Sequence record: MW845759.1
DNA length: 64,000 bases
Reading direction: 5' to 3' (one strand)
Part shown: positions 46,112-56,104 of the stretch, in pieces
Numbering within the stretch: position 1 is the stretch's first letter
Layout: every line of letters begins with the position of its first letter
Notes under the pieces: generated by a model
Databases searched by the model: none
Seen by the model: only the letters and a program-made list of their open reading frames with translations
What the model was told of the DNA's origin: nothing
Translations under genes and position numbers: made by a program

Positions 46112-46840
46112 ATGGCGATTTATATTCCCAAACTTCCGGTCATCATTCATGCTTTTGACTGCGAAACCAAAGCGTTACGTCCTAACGCCTACATCCTGAG
46201 CATGGGTGGTTCAACGTTCGATGTGGCCACCCTGACTATGCTGGGTTGCACCTACGTTGCGGTTGACCCGAATGACCCTGAGGCAGATAAAATCTTCGAC
46301 ACTGACTCGGGCACAGTCGCGTGGTGGAACGGCGAAGGTAATCCGGACTACGCACCGACCCCCGAGGCTAAGAAAGCGGCATGGGAAGGCACCACCAAAA
46401 TTGACGTGGCCCTGAAAATCGTCGTCGAATACTTCGAAGGCTTTAAGAAGTTCGACTCGGTGTTGGTGAGCCGCGGACCAGAGTTTGATATGCCGATTGT
46501 CTGTAATGCGCTGGTTGCCTGTAATCAGTTCCAAGGCATCTTCCGTAAGTTCTCCGCCTGTGAGTCTGACCGGACTGTAGAACGTTTGATGCTGGCGTTC
46601 GGCATTGACATGGACGAAGCGGTGGAAGGGCATAACTGGCTGAAGAAAGGTGAGTGGGTTGAGCATCACCCAAGCTTTGACTCGGCACGCAGTGCATATC
46701 GTACGGCGCGTGCTTATCATTTGGCACACATCGCCAAGAACTACGGGTTTGATAAAATGCTGTTAGCGCATAATGCGCTGCGCGCAGGGAACTATAACCC
46801 GGCCTTAGGATTCAAAGGGGAATTCAATGGAGCAGGCTGA
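46112..46840 (+). CDS. DEDDh 3'-5' exonuclease
   Basis: FDCET (Exo I), RGPEFD (Exo II), HHPSFDS (Exo III); start MAIY, RBS aaggag. Confidence 0.8.
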   Translation: MAIYIPKLPVIIHAFDCETKALRPNAYILSMGGSTFDVATLTMLGCTYVAVDPNDPEADKIFDTDSGTVAWWNGEGNPDYAPTPEAKKAAWEGTTKIDVALKIVVEYFEGFKKFDSVLVSRGPEFDMPIVCNALVACNQFQGIFRKFSACESDRTVERLMLAFGIDMDEAVEGHNWLKKGEWVEHHPSFDSARSAYRTARAYHLAHIAKNYGFDKMLLAHNALRAGNYNPALGFKGEFNGAG

Positions 46841-48368
46841 TTTAGCGGTTCTGTATACGGACGGTAGCCACTTCCCTGACCCACTGGGGTCAGGTGCCGG
46901 TATCTTCGTGTACACCGTTGACAAAGTGGATGAAGGGTTTGCAAACGGGTACAGTTTCCCGGGTATTCCCGAAGCTATCACGTCGGAGGGGCTTGTCCCC
47001 ATGACGTTGTCTGACCCGAAACCGCTTTTACCGGAAGGACGGGTCAAGTTTTACGAAGCCGTGATTCCAGTACGTCCCTCCTCAGCGCAGGTCGGTGAAC
47101 TGGTGGCATTCATCGCGGCTTTTGACCAGACGCCGTTCAAAGCGAAGAAGTACATTATCTACGCTGACTCCAACTACATGATTAATACGGTCACAGACTG
47201 GATTTGGGGCTGGGAGCGTAAAGGTTGGATGCGTGCTGATGGTACACCGTGTGCTAACCTTGACTTGCTCAAACGCATGATTGTCATTCTGCGGGCGATT
47301 AAAGAGCAGGGTATCACGTTGATTGTGCGCAAGATTAAAGCGCACAACGGTCACTTCGGTAATGAAGCGGCTGACCAATTAGCCAAGCAAGGTGCAGCAG
47401 CGTCGGCGTTGACGAACGAACATAACTTCACCCCGTTCTGGCGTGAAGCGTATAATGACGTTGCCGATGAAGAGGACGTGCCGGAGGTCTTCAACAAACC
47501 GGAACTGCCGGGTGGCGGAATGGACATTACGTCTCTGCCGTCTATCATGTCGCACAAATGGCATTATCTGCTTTCCGAAGAAGAAATGCCGAGCTTTACT
47601 TTAGCGAACGGTGAGCGGTGGGAGTATGTGTTGTCTGGGCATCATGCTAAGGACAAGAACGACTTGGTGCTGGTTGGGAAGTTCCTGCCGGATGCCATGT
47701 TCTCCGTGACAATGCATAAAAGCGCGCCGAAGAATTTGAAGTTCATTGTGGACGAACATGCCAAACGTGCATGGGACGGCGTGCCGATGCTGAAACAGTT
47801 CCGTGCCATTACCATGGTGAACGGGGACTACCTCAAACGTAAGAAATTTGTGGAAGCAGCGAAAGACGGCCTGCCGGTTGACCAGATGGAGTTCAAGTCC
47901 GACGGTAACGCGTGGATGTTTGAAGACACCTGTATCAGCTACATGTTGCGACCAGCTCTGCTGTCGTACCGTGCGCTGGAGATTCGTGATGAACTGGCTG
48001 CAATGTTGAAAGACGTTGTAGAAGGACATCCGAGCGTGGTGTTCAATGACATCACGTCGAACTTCTTTGACGACGACCATAAACCGAAAAAGGATTACTA
48101 CCGTAACGTTGACCGCAGCATTAAATTGCCGGTGAGCTATCCGGGCAGTGATAAAACTATCGATGTGATTCTGTCACGGTCTATCGATATGCCGTCTCGT
48201 ACTGAACTCAACCGCATCTATGAACCGGGTGGGCGATTCGGGATTGCGACATGGCGTCGGGATACCCATTTAACGGTCTACGCTCTGGTGTATTTGGGCA
48301 AAGACTCACACGGCCTATGGATGGGATACTACAGCGCTAAACGTATCCTAACAACAGAACAAATTTAA
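46827..48368 (+). CDS. rnhA: Ribonuclease HI with long C-terminal extension
   Basis: YTDGS, AQVGEL, YADSNY, W..KGW, NLDL, KAHNGHFGNEAADQLAKQGA. Confidence 0.9.
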   Translation: MEQADLAVLYTDGSHFPDPLGSGAGIFVYTVDKVDEGFANGYSFPGIPEAITSEGLVPMTLSDPKPLLPEGRVKFYEAVIPVRPSSAQVGELVAFIAAFDQTPFKAKKYIIYADSNYMINTVTDWIWGWERKGWMRADGTPCANLDLLKRMIVILRAIKEQGITLIVRKIKAHNGHFGNEAADQLAKQGAAASALTNEHNFTPFWREAYNDVADEEDVPEVFNKPELPGGGMDITSLPSIMSHKWHYLLSEEEMPSFTLANGERWEYVLSGHHAKDKNDLVLVGKFLPDAMFSVTMHKSAPKNLKFIVDEHAKRAWDGVPMLKQFRAITMVNGDYLKRKKFVEAAKDGLPVDQMEFKSDGNAWMFEDTCISYMLRPALLSYRALEIRDELAAMLKDVVEGHPSVVFNDITSNFFDDDHKPKKDYYRNVDRSIKLPVSYPGSDKTIDVILSRSIDMPSRTELNRIYEPGGRFGIATWRRDTHLTVYALVYLGKDSHGLWMGYYSAKRILTTEQI

Positions 48369-48389
48369 AATATATGTTATCGCGTGATA
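48364..48389 (+). promoter_or_regulatory. Candidate early promoter, class 1 variant
   Basis: tttaaaatatatgttatcgcgtgata; shares atatat...cgtgata with 30971. Confidence 0.45.
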
Positions 48390-48409
48390 CCATTTGAGGA
48401 GTAATAACA

Positions 48410-49186
48410 ATGCAAGTAGTAATGAGTTACGAGTTGTCGAAACTGAACGTTGCGTTTCGCAACCGCTTAATGAAACACCTCATCACGCGATACTTTGAGG
48501 AAAACAAAATCCCCGATACGTGGGCCGAAGAAAAAGAAACGATTGTTGACGAGCTGGATATTCCAGCGCAGTTGATTATCAGCCGTCTGTTTGGCGGTTG
48601 GTTAGACGCTGCCATTAACTGCGCGAACAGTGGCGACCCTGTATTCAGTCCAGAGTCGTTGGTCGAGTACCCGCACAACATCGATGACCTGTACGATATG
48701 TACAGCTTCGAAAGTGAGAAAGAGTACCACCGTGACTTCTCCGGTTACATGGACCAGACCGCGTGGGAGTTCATGACTCGCGCCTCTGAATTCCTGACCG
48801 AAGACGCGATGTTGGGTTCTATCCACAAATACCTTGTGAATATTGTAGTTGAGCTATACGGCACCATCTCAGCTTTACGTGGCGGCGGGTGTGCTGGTGT
48901 TTGGCACACTCTTGAACAATACGAGCAGCAGGTTTGGATGGGTAGACCGGTTCTGTTTGCGATTTACCCGGAAGACTATACGGTTCTGCATGAAGGGCCG
49001 AAACCAGAAGTGTTCGTCGGGTCTGAGCAGGCTAAAGCCACAGCAGGACAGGGCGAATATTTCTTCCTCTGGGATGGGCATATGTTCACATTGTCGAAGA
49101 TTGACGAGGTCCCTACCGGGTCGGTCATTCGTACTTGTGAGTTGACCGATGAAGCAGTTAGCTGGATTGAAGGAAACTGTGAATGA
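48410..49186 (+). CDS. Hypothetical acidic protein
   Basis: 258 aa, RBS gaggag. Confidence 0.75.
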   Translation: MQVVMSYELSKLNVAFRNRLMKHLITRYFEENKIPDTWAEEKETIVDELDIPAQLIISRLFGGWLDAAINCANSGDPVFSPESLVEYPHNIDDLYDMYSFESEKEYHRDFSGYMDQTAWEFMTRASEFLTEDAMLGSIHKYLVNIVVELYGTISALRGGGCAGVWHTLEQYEQQVWMGRPVLFAIYPEDYTVLHEGPKPEVFVGSEQAKATAGQGEYFFLWDGHMFTLSKIDEVPTGSVIRTCELTDEAVSWIEGNCE

Positions 49187-49989
49187 AGAAAGTCATCAGT
49201 GGCGTAATCACTTCGCTCAAAACGTCCATTCGTAACGAATGGGATACGTGGTGGGAGAGTGAATTCAGTGTGGCAACACCTGAGCATTATCGTCCGTATG
49301 TTGATGGCATCAATGTCTCTGGTCAGTTAGGTATCGAGCAGACGAAAAGTCTGCCGTACTGGACAATGGCTAACGATGCGGTGCAGGAGTTTCAGGTTCG
49401 GCTCTTTGAAGCATTGTTTAAAGAGTACAACCTGTCCGACACGTACGACCATTCGCATTTCATGCATGTGTTGATGGATGTGTTCGGTGAGACGTGGGAT
49501 AACGACCTGCAAGTGCTGCTCGACAAAGTGGACACCAACGACTGGGAACATCGTGATGCGTGTGACACGTTCGTTAAGAACATGCTTACAACGTTCATGG
49601 ATCAGCTCGTGGAAATCATGACCTCGGAATGGTCGGAAGCCTTCTACTTCGGTTTCTTCGAAGAGATGGACGGCATCAAGGAAAGCTTGCCAGCGTTAGG
49701 GATTACGCCGCAAGTCGACCTGCGTGACTTCGCGGCTGATCCGCAATGCCGTATCTGTATTATCGAAAGTGATGACGTGTCCTACGAATCGATTAAGACG
49801 TGGGACGGTTCGCAGGAGGTAATCGAATGGCTCCGTCAGGGGCTGGAGAATGCCCATCTGCAACGAGTCATCTGGCTGGTTAACGGTCAGGTGGAACTCG
49901 ACATGGCACACCGTACGTTGAACTCCGGTGACGTCGTTAAGAAATGTCTTTTAAAATTAGGAGCTAACCCAAGTGCAGTTAATCATTGA
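49183..49989 (+). CDS. Hypothetical acidic protein, probable paralog of 48410..49186
   Basis: 268 aa, ATGA overlap; shared F..RL...L...Y...DT(W/Y) and MDQ motifs. Confidence 0.7.
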   Translation: MKKVISGVITSLKTSIRNEWDTWWESEFSVATPEHYRPYVDGINVSGQLGIEQTKSLPYWTMANDAVQEFQVRLFEALFKEYNLSDTYDHSHFMHVLMDVFGETWDNDLQVLLDKVDTNDWEHRDACDTFVKNMLTTFMDQLVEIMTSEWSEAFYFGFFEEMDGIKESLPALGITPQVDLRDFAADPQCRICIIESDDVSYESIKTWDGSQEVIEWLRQGLENAHLQRVIWLVNGQVELDMAHRTLNSGDVVKKCLLKLGANPSAVNH

Positions 49990-50506
49990 TTTTCGTAACC
50001 ACGATGTATCCGAGGCGCTGCGCAATCTCAGCAACGGCATGAAGACCAATGTTATGCTTCTGATTGAAGAAGCATTGAGCATGTCGGAAATCAACCTGTC
50101 CGTATCGACGGGTAACGATCATGTGTTTATCAACAACGCTAATTTGGCTGACATTGTAGAGGATGTCATCACCCGCGAACTGCAGCGTATTTTCGGACAG
50201 GCGGTAACCATTAACACCGGTAATTTCAGCGACGTGAGTGAGTTCCTTGAACTCTGTTCACAACGTTTCGGTGAAATCTTTAATCGACTGGTTACCGAAG
50301 CGCAAGCAACGGAGCTAACCGCGAAGATGTTGGTCGATGGTCAACCCGCGGGCAACTTCAAAGATACCTTAACCAATCTTATTCCTGCGGAAACGTGGGC
50401 TGGTATTGAGAAAGAGTTCGATGAAGGTCGTCAGCAAGCTCTCCGCATTATGCGTACTTCGCTGGAAAGTTTGATGGCATCCCTTGAACCGGGGTCAGTC
50501 ATGTAA
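49973..50506 (+). CDS. Hypothetical protein
   Basis: GTG start, RBS aggag. Confidence 0.7.
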   Translation: MQLIIDFRNHDVSEALRNLSNGMKTNVMLLIEEALSMSEINLSVSTGNDHVFINNANLADIVEDVITRELQRIFGQAVTINTGNFSDVSEFLELCSQRFGEIFNRLVTEAQATELTAKMLVDGQPAGNFKDTLTNLIPAETWAGIEKEFDEGRQQALRIMRTSLESLMASLEPGSVM

Positions 50507-50516
50507 GGAGTGGCGT

Positions 50517-50972
50517 ATGCAATACGTCTTCTCGTTATCGTACGACCAACTCTCGATTGCCCATCGGCGCGATCTGCGTAACGCTATTGCTCGGCTTCGT
50601 CGGGCGTTAGCATCAGGGATTGTGTTTTCGCATGGAAAGGGAAGTTGGCGAGGGTGTAGTAAAGCAGTGACTCATCAAGCTGTGGGGGAAATTCAACCCC
50701 ACTTAAAGAAAACACACACAGTTGAGATTAAGCGCGTGGGGACTGCGGAAGCGGTCTTCAAAATCCTTCGGGATGCTGCAAACCTTGAAGTCGTATTGCC
50801 TGACAATATCCAGTTCGCTGAAAAGACCACGCGTGAGCTCTCGCCTGAAGCGAAAGGTCGCATGCAGGGTGCTTGGCATTACTTCCGGGACACCATTAAG
50901 TGGATTACCGATGAAGAACTGCACGAGCAAGCGGAGCGGATATACGCTCAGTTGATTGCTAACAAAAAATAA
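50517..50972 (+). CDS. Hypothetical protein
   Basis: Start MQYVF, RBS aaggag. Confidence 0.7.
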   Translation: MQYVFSLSYDQLSIAHRRDLRNAIARLRRALASGIVFSHGKGSWRGCSKAVTHQAVGEIQPHLKKTHTVEIKRVGTAEAVFKILRDAANLEVVLPDNIQFAEKTTRELSPEAKGRMQGAWHYFRDTIKWITDEELHEQAERIYAQLIANKK

Positions 50973-50979
50973 GAAACTG

Positions 50980-51018
50980 CCTACTACCCTCGCGGGTAGT
51001 AGGTCGGTTTTATGCTTT
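50980..51018. terminator. Bidirectional terminator
   Basis: cctactaccc-tcgc-gggtagtagg between convergent genes. Confidence 0.75.
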
Positions 51019-51771
51019 ATCTTTTTTTGCCAGCGTTTTAATCTGGTCGGTGGTACCGTTAATGCAGTTGGTCATCTCGTCAATCTGACGCATGAACAGA
51101 CCGAGCAACTGTACCCACGCATCACACATGTCCACGAGCTTCACCAGTTCTTTTGCAACGGTCGGGTTGACGTCTGCTTCACTGATGATTTCACACGAAC
51201 CGGAAATGGACTCTACCAGATTCAGGGTGTCGTTACGTACGGACTTGCTGATGGAGTCACGCAGAATCTTCGCTCGGTGGAAGGTGGTTTCCAGTTCACC
51301 GGCGGAACGGTAGGTCTTTTCAAACGCACGTTGGTCAATGTTAGCAGCCACGTAGTTCTTAGACAGCTTACCAGTCAGGTCATCTGGGTTGACGTTGGAC
51401 AGCGGGTATTTAAAGCCCGACATGCGGAAAGACACCGGCACGGTTAACATCGCAGGGGCGTTAGCCAGACCTGCCAGTTCGTTATTGACAGGTTTCAGCA
51501 CCCCATCAACAATCCCTTCCAGCACTTTCCACACATCTTCCAGTTGTTTGATGTGGTCGAACATGTACGCATTAAAACCCGGCGGGACTGGAACCTGCAT
51601 GCCAAGGAAGTTGGCGTACTGCTCACGCTTAATCCATTTGCTAACTTCCTCGACATCGGTGTGGGTGGCCAGTACGACGTCGTCTTTCGTGCCGCTGAAG
51701 AAACGCGGAACGATGGTGGTCACGTTACTGACCATGGTCGCCATTGCTGGCGCGATGTCACGGATATTCAT
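51010..51771 (-). CDS. Hypothetical protein (helical, possibly virion)
   Basis: 253 aa, RBS aagga. Confidence 0.7.
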   Translation of the reverse strand: MNIRDIAPAMATMVSNVTTIVPRFFSGTKDDVVLATHTDVEEVSKWIKREQYANFLGMQVPVPPGFNAYMFDHIKQLEDVWKVLEGIVDGVLKPVNNELAGLANAPAMLTVPVSFRMSGFKYPLSNVNPDDLTGKLSKNYVAANIDQRAFEKTYRSAGELETTFHRAKILRDSISKSVRNDTLNLVESISGSCEIISEADVNPTVAKELVKLVDMCDAWVQLLGLFMRQIDEMTNCINGTTDQIKTLAKKDKA

Positions 51772-51874
51772 TATAAATCCTTGTGGTTAAGGGTCCGAAT
51801 CATACTAATGATACTTTTTACAACTCAACGATAAGATATGTATAACTAACCCACATTTCAAATGGAGCACTACG

Positions 51875-53353
51875 ATGGCTGGTCCGAAGAAGGCTACTCA
51901 AGGTGAGGCTATTCGCCCACGTTTTAACATCTGGACAATTTTTGACCATGCGCTGGGCGAGTACGTAAAGGGCGATGACGGCCTGTGGTACCTCAACGGT
52001 GGCTTTGGGCACATCATGGGCTTCGCAGGGCGCGGTAACACCTTTAAGTCGTTCCTGCTCGATTACTGCATCATGACCATTCTGTTGCGTTACCGTGCCG
52101 AGTGGGCATCAAAGTACGACACCGAAGTGTCTGCCCAGCTCTCCCGTATGCAAACCGTCGTCCGTTGTGTGTGTATTGCCAACGGCTGGACGTACGACCA
52201 TGCTGAGCATGCGGTCGAAGTGATGATGGAGAAAGGTTGCTTTAACATGCAATCTTCCGAGCTGGTGCCGGGCGAACAATGGTGGGCCGACTACATCCGT
52301 GATGAAGTTGAAGACCGCTATAAGCAATACATGGGTAAAAAGAACCTGCGTGAAACGCCGTTCCCTGACCCAATCCGTAAAGAAAACAAAAAGATGCTCA
52401 ACCCGTGGGCGTACGGTTGCGATTCTCTGTCTGAGTGGAAAACCTCGAAGATGGAAGATGCCCGTGACGACTCCAACGTGGGTGACTCTGAGCAGAACGC
52501 CTTGGCAGCACAGGATGCCAAACAGAAGTCCGATATGATGGGTCGTTGGCCGAATGCCTTAGCGCGTGGTCACTTCTACATGGGCTTTGTGGTCCACATT
52601 ACCGACAACATGCAAATGGGTCGTATTGAACCGGGTAAGAAACTCGACGAGTTCAAAGGCAACATCAAGTTCGCTAACGTGCCGGGTCGTGCGGTTACCT
52701 TCCTGACGAACTCCCTGTTGGTTGCTACTCACTCCGGCGACTGTAAACAGCCGGGCACCTTTAACAGTAAGACCGGTACCGAAGAGCCGATGTTCCCGTC
52801 CTCGAAACTTAAGGGCAAGAGCAGTTCGGTTAACGACCTGAAGATTATCCGTTACACTCAGTTCCGTGCGAAGTCTGGCCCGACTGGTGTCAAGATGGAC
52901 ATGATCTATTCTCAGGAACTCGGTTTCATGCCGCACCTGTCATTGTGGTACTACCTGAAAGAAACCTTGCAGGGCGATTACGGCTTTAACCGCTCAGGAC
53001 ATTTCTATGAGCTCCAAATCCTGCCGGGTGTGAAATTCGGTCGTACGACTATCTTTGACATGGCGTTAGAGAACCGTCGTTTACAGCGTGCATTAGAAAT
53101 TACTGCGGGCTTAGCCTACATGCAGAACAACTGGTTCCGTCTGGAGCCGGAGTACCACATCACGCCACAAGAGCTTTACGATAAGGTGAAGGAAGCCGGA
53201 TACGACTGGGAACAAATCCTTGACGATACGGTTGAATATTGGCAGTTCAAAGACCAAGAGACAAAAACGTCTAAGCGTTGCGTCACTGTGAAGACGCTGT
53301 TAGACATGGCGTTGAAAGGTCTTAAGCCGAAGTTCCTCACTGCGAAAAAATAA
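51875..53353 (+). CDS. uvsX: UvsX/RecA-like recombinase
   Basis: Walker A-like GFAGRGNTFKS, Walker B-like CDSL, RecA-like C-terminal FRAKSGP strand; lies near the vRNAP beta-C and RNase H genes as in phiKZ-like phages. Confidence 0.75.
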   Translation: MAGPKKATQGEAIRPRFNIWTIFDHALGEYVKGDDGLWYLNGGFGHIMGFAGRGNTFKSFLLDYCIMTILLRYRAEWASKYDTEVSAQLSRMQTVVRCVCIANGWTYDHAEHAVEVMMEKGCFNMQSSELVPGEQWWADYIRDEVEDRYKQYMGKKNLRETPFPDPIRKENKKMLNPWAYGCDSLSEWKTSKMEDARDDSNVGDSEQNALAAQDAKQKSDMMGRWPNALARGHFYMGFVVHITDNMQMGRIEPGKKLDEFKGNIKFANVPGRAVTFLTNSLLVATHSGDCKQPGTFNSKTGTEEPMFPSSKLKGKSSSVNDLKIIRYTQFRAKSGPTGVKMDMIYSQELGFMPHLSLWYYLKETLQGDYGFNRSGHFYELQILPGVKFGRTTIFDMALENRRLQRALEITAGLAYMQNNWFRLEPEYHITPQELYDKVKEAGYDWEQILDDTVEYWQFKDQETKTSKRCVTVKTLLDMALKGLKPKFLTAKK

Positions 53354-53362
53354 CTTTTGGCC

Positions 53363-53383
53363 GGGTAGGGGGCAACCCCTACC
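53363..53383 (+). other. Intergenic hairpin without U-tract
   Basis: gggtaggg-ggcaa-ccctaccc directly before the RBS of the next gene. Confidence 0.5.
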
Positions 53384-53399
53384 CTAAAGGACTTTAAAC

Positions 53400-53711
53400 A
53401 TGCGTTATCAAGACGTGATAGTAGAGCGGTTGCGTCAAGGTCTTGCAGGCGTTGACCACAGCCTCGCTCAGGAATTTGTTGATTGTTGTAGTCCACCGGC
53501 GACCACCCTGTATGAATTCTCTGACCGTGTGAACCAGCACTTTGCTGGGTTATTAAAAGCACACGGCGTGAAGCCACAGGCAAAGGACTTCGAAGTGCCG
53601 GAGGACAATGACGCCATTCCGTACTGGGTGGAAGATTTGGAGAACCGTGTACACCCGGTATTAAAAGCTGCGCAGGGGAAGAAAGATGGCACTGAATCAA
53701 CAGCTGCGTAG
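53400..53711 (+). CDS. Hypothetical protein
   Basis: 103 aa, RBS aagga. Confidence 0.7.
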   Translation: MRYQDVIVERLRQGLAGVDHSLAQEFVDCCSPPATTLYEFSDRVNQHFAGLLKAHGVKPQAKDFEVPEDNDAIPYWVEDLENRVHPVLKAAQGKKDGTESTAA

Positions 53712-54357
53712 AAAAGCCGAGGCGTATATCTATTCGGTACTGGATGCGGTTGACCCGTCCGGTATCAATACGAAAATCGCCAAGGAATGTATTCCGGCTA
53801 TGTCTGACGACAAGTTCGTTGAAATGGCAGGCTTAGGCATTCCGATATATCAACCCGTCGGCGGTAAGACACAAATCTCGTATCAGAACAACATCAAAGT
53901 GGCTGAGAAGATGGGGATTCCCCTGTCTGAGAAACTGTGGCTGACCGAACCGAAAACCGGTATTACCACTCTGACCCGTCATCCTCATCTGGTACTGCTG
54001 CTGCCGATTCGTCGTCAAACGCAGATGCTGGAAAAGAAAATGTCGGTGTCCAAGCACGATAAAATTCGTGACAAACTCACCGGACAGGTGACCGGGCCGT
54101 CAAAAGCCTCAGGAATCTCATTCCCGGAAGCCTACATTATCTATTCCGATAAACTCGATGAGTCGCTGCAGGAGTTTCTGCATGCACGTGGCGGTAACGA
54201 AGCTGTTAACCGTTCTTTCTATCAGGCGTTACGCATGACCGGCCGTGGGCGTATCCATATTCCGGGGGCTGAGCGCACTTCTGCAAAATCCACCCGTACA
54301 TGGGCTGCGTATTATACCGCCATGCACATTGGTAGTAACATAGGGAAACCGCAATGA
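53686..54357 (+). CDS. Virion RNA polymerase beta subunit, C-terminal fragment (phiKZ gp149-like)
   Basis: LTGQVTGPSKASGISFPEA...LQEFLHARGGN...FYQAL aligns by eye with the RpoB C-terminal TQQPLGGKAQ...EME...LQEMLTVKSDD...Y segment. Confidence 0.75.
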   Translation: MALNQQLRRKAEAYIYSVLDAVDPSGINTKIAKECIPAMSDDKFVEMAGLGIPIYQPVGGKTQISYQNNIKVAEKMGIPLSEKLWLTEPKTGITTLTRHPHLVLLLPIRRQTQMLEKKMSVSKHDKIRDKLTGQVTGPSKASGISFPEAYIIYSDKLDESLQEFLHARGGNEAVNRSFYQALRMTGRGRIHIPGAERTSAKSTRTWAAYYTAMHIGSNIGKPQ

Positions 54358-55076
54358 TATTCACGCGTCGGAGTTTGGTAGACATTAGTTGTTTGGTAGA
54401 CGACCGTCTGGGTCTGGTCGCCGTCCGTTATCCAGAGTTGCTGGAGAAGCTTGATGTGGATGCGTACCGTTTACGCATTACGGAAGTGTGGGCCAAAATC
54501 ATCGGTATCGATAATTTCGTGGAGGAGTACGCTACCCGAGATATCGAGGTACTGAAAGCATCCCTGCCGACGCAATTTATCAAAGCATTCCGCGAACGTC
54601 TCGAAGAAGACCTGCTGGCCATTAAGCTGTCCGCCCCTATCGAGCGTCCCACCGTTACCATCAACCTTTATCCGTACAGTCATCTCAACGTGACTGAACG
54701 TAACGAATTCAAACAGGTGTTCACGGAACTGTTTCCAATGGTGCAAGTTAATGTAGTCTGCATTTCATTGGAAGACTTGACGCCGGAATACTTGCGTTCT
54801 ACATGGGATGGGTGGTTCACGTATGACTTTTATCCGTGGATGAAAGCCAATGCGAAACGTCTGGGTAATCGCATACCTCGCTTTGTGATTCATCGCCCCG
54901 GTATCCTGACTGACGAGTTGACGCCAGAAACGATTGAAGCCATTAAACGTGATAAGGCTGACCCGTTCACCGAGTCAAAAAAATTCCTTGCCGAGTACGT
55001 AGCTGTTGAAACGCTCAAAGCTGAGCTTTTCTGCCACGTACCCGGGTTGGACATTATGCCGAAACGTTCGATTTGA
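54354..55076 (+). CDS. Conserved jumbo-phage hypothetical protein
   Basis: 240 aa, ATGA overlap. Confidence 0.7.
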   Translation: MIFTRRSLVDISCLVDDRLGLVAVRYPELLEKLDVDAYRLRITEVWAKIIGIDNFVEEYATRDIEVLKASLPTQFIKAFRERLEEDLLAIKLSAPIERPTVTINLYPYSHLNVTERNEFKQVFTELFPMVQVNVVCISLEDLTPEYLRSTWDGWFTYDFYPWMKANAKRLGNRIPRFVIHRPGILTDELTPETIEAIKRDKADPFTESKKFLAEYVAVETLKAELFCHVPGLDIMPKRSI

Positions 55077-55521
55077 TTTTGCTGAATTCGTTTTCCATGA
55101 TTTGCTCTACGTCGATAGATTCACCGACCGCGGATAATTCGCCGTCAATGTGATTCGCCGCCGGGATATCTGGAATCTCAGGATGGTAATCACCGGGAAC
55201 GTCGGCAGGTTCGTCGTGGCGTTGTATCTTCGCGCCCAGACGCTCACCAAGAATTTGGTTAATGGCGTTGGCCAAATCGCCGACTTTATCTGCTGATTTC
55301 TCTTGTGCCGCGATGCGACGACGGTTTGTGATTTGCCCATCAATACCTGACAGCATTTTATTGAGACTGTTAATCTCGTCTTTGTCTAATGAACTGGCAG
55401 GCTTGGCCATAATCGCATCGGCAACGACGACACGTATACCCTGAGTATGGCGCTCAAGCGCAACATCGTCAGCAACGTCACCTTCGAAGCTTTGATGCTT
55501 CAGCTTTATTTCCTCGCTCAT
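55054..55521 (-). CDS. Hypothetical protein
   Basis: Likely start MSEEIK at 55521, RBS gagg; 3' end overlaps the convergent gene. Confidence 0.65.
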   Translation of the reverse strand: MSEEIKLKHQSFEGDVADDVALERHTQGIRVVVADAIMAKPASSLDKDEINSLNKMLSGIDGQITNRRRIAAQEKSADKVGDLANAINQILGERLGAKIQRHDEPADVPGDYHPEIPDIPAANHIDGELSAVGESIDVEQIMENEFSKIKSNVSA

Positions 55522-55550
55522 ACAGCACCTCTCTAAAAGGAAACGGATAT

Positions 55551-56072
55551 ATGTTATCAATGTGCATGGGGTGGTTTAGAAAGCGTCTCTATAAACGTCG
55601 TAGAGAGCAGCTGCTAGCCACGTTTCATAATAACAGTAACAATCTATACCTGCACGTGATTACTGGCTTAGAACTGCTTACAGAGCCGTTAGAATATGGT
55701 TCTGAAAACTATGCTCCGTTGCCATTATTTGGCCGGATTGACAGTAGCGTTGCCGACTTCAATATTCTGCAATTGCGACTGGAATGGCACCTTGAAAACT
55801 TTGAACGCGTGATACGAGGAGGAGATTACCACACTATCCCTGATGCGTTATCGCGTCAGAAAGATTTACCCCTGCCACGTTGGAAAGACCAGTTCTTTCA
55901 GACAACCTCTTCTGATATAGTCCGTCAGCAGCTGGCAGTTATTAGACAACTTCTGGTTACGTACGAAGCTGTGTACTTCAATCGGCATAGTCGATCAGAA
56001 GAAGACGTGCTGTGGCGACAAACCCAACCCGTCTTACGAGAGTTAGAGATTATAGTGGAACACTTTCTCTGA
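55551..56072 (+). CDS. Hypothetical protein
   Basis: 173 aa, RBS aagga. Confidence 0.65.
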   Translation: MLSMCMGWFRKRLYKRRREQLLATFHNNSNNLYLHVITGLELLTEPLEYGSENYAPLPLFGRIDSSVADFNILQLRLEWHLENFERVIRGGDYHTIPDALSRQKDLPLPRWKDQFFQTTSSDIVRQQLAVIRQLLVTYEAVYFNRHSRSEEDVLWRQTQPVLRELEIIVEHFL

Positions 56073-56104
56073 CATCACCGCCAACCTTGGAGCAAGGATG
56101 GAAA

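Noticed and set aside
53363-53383. Hairpin after the UvsX-like gene as a terminator
   Set aside because: No U-tract on either strand; more likely an mRNA stability or processing hairpin, so it is kept only as a low-confidence feature.
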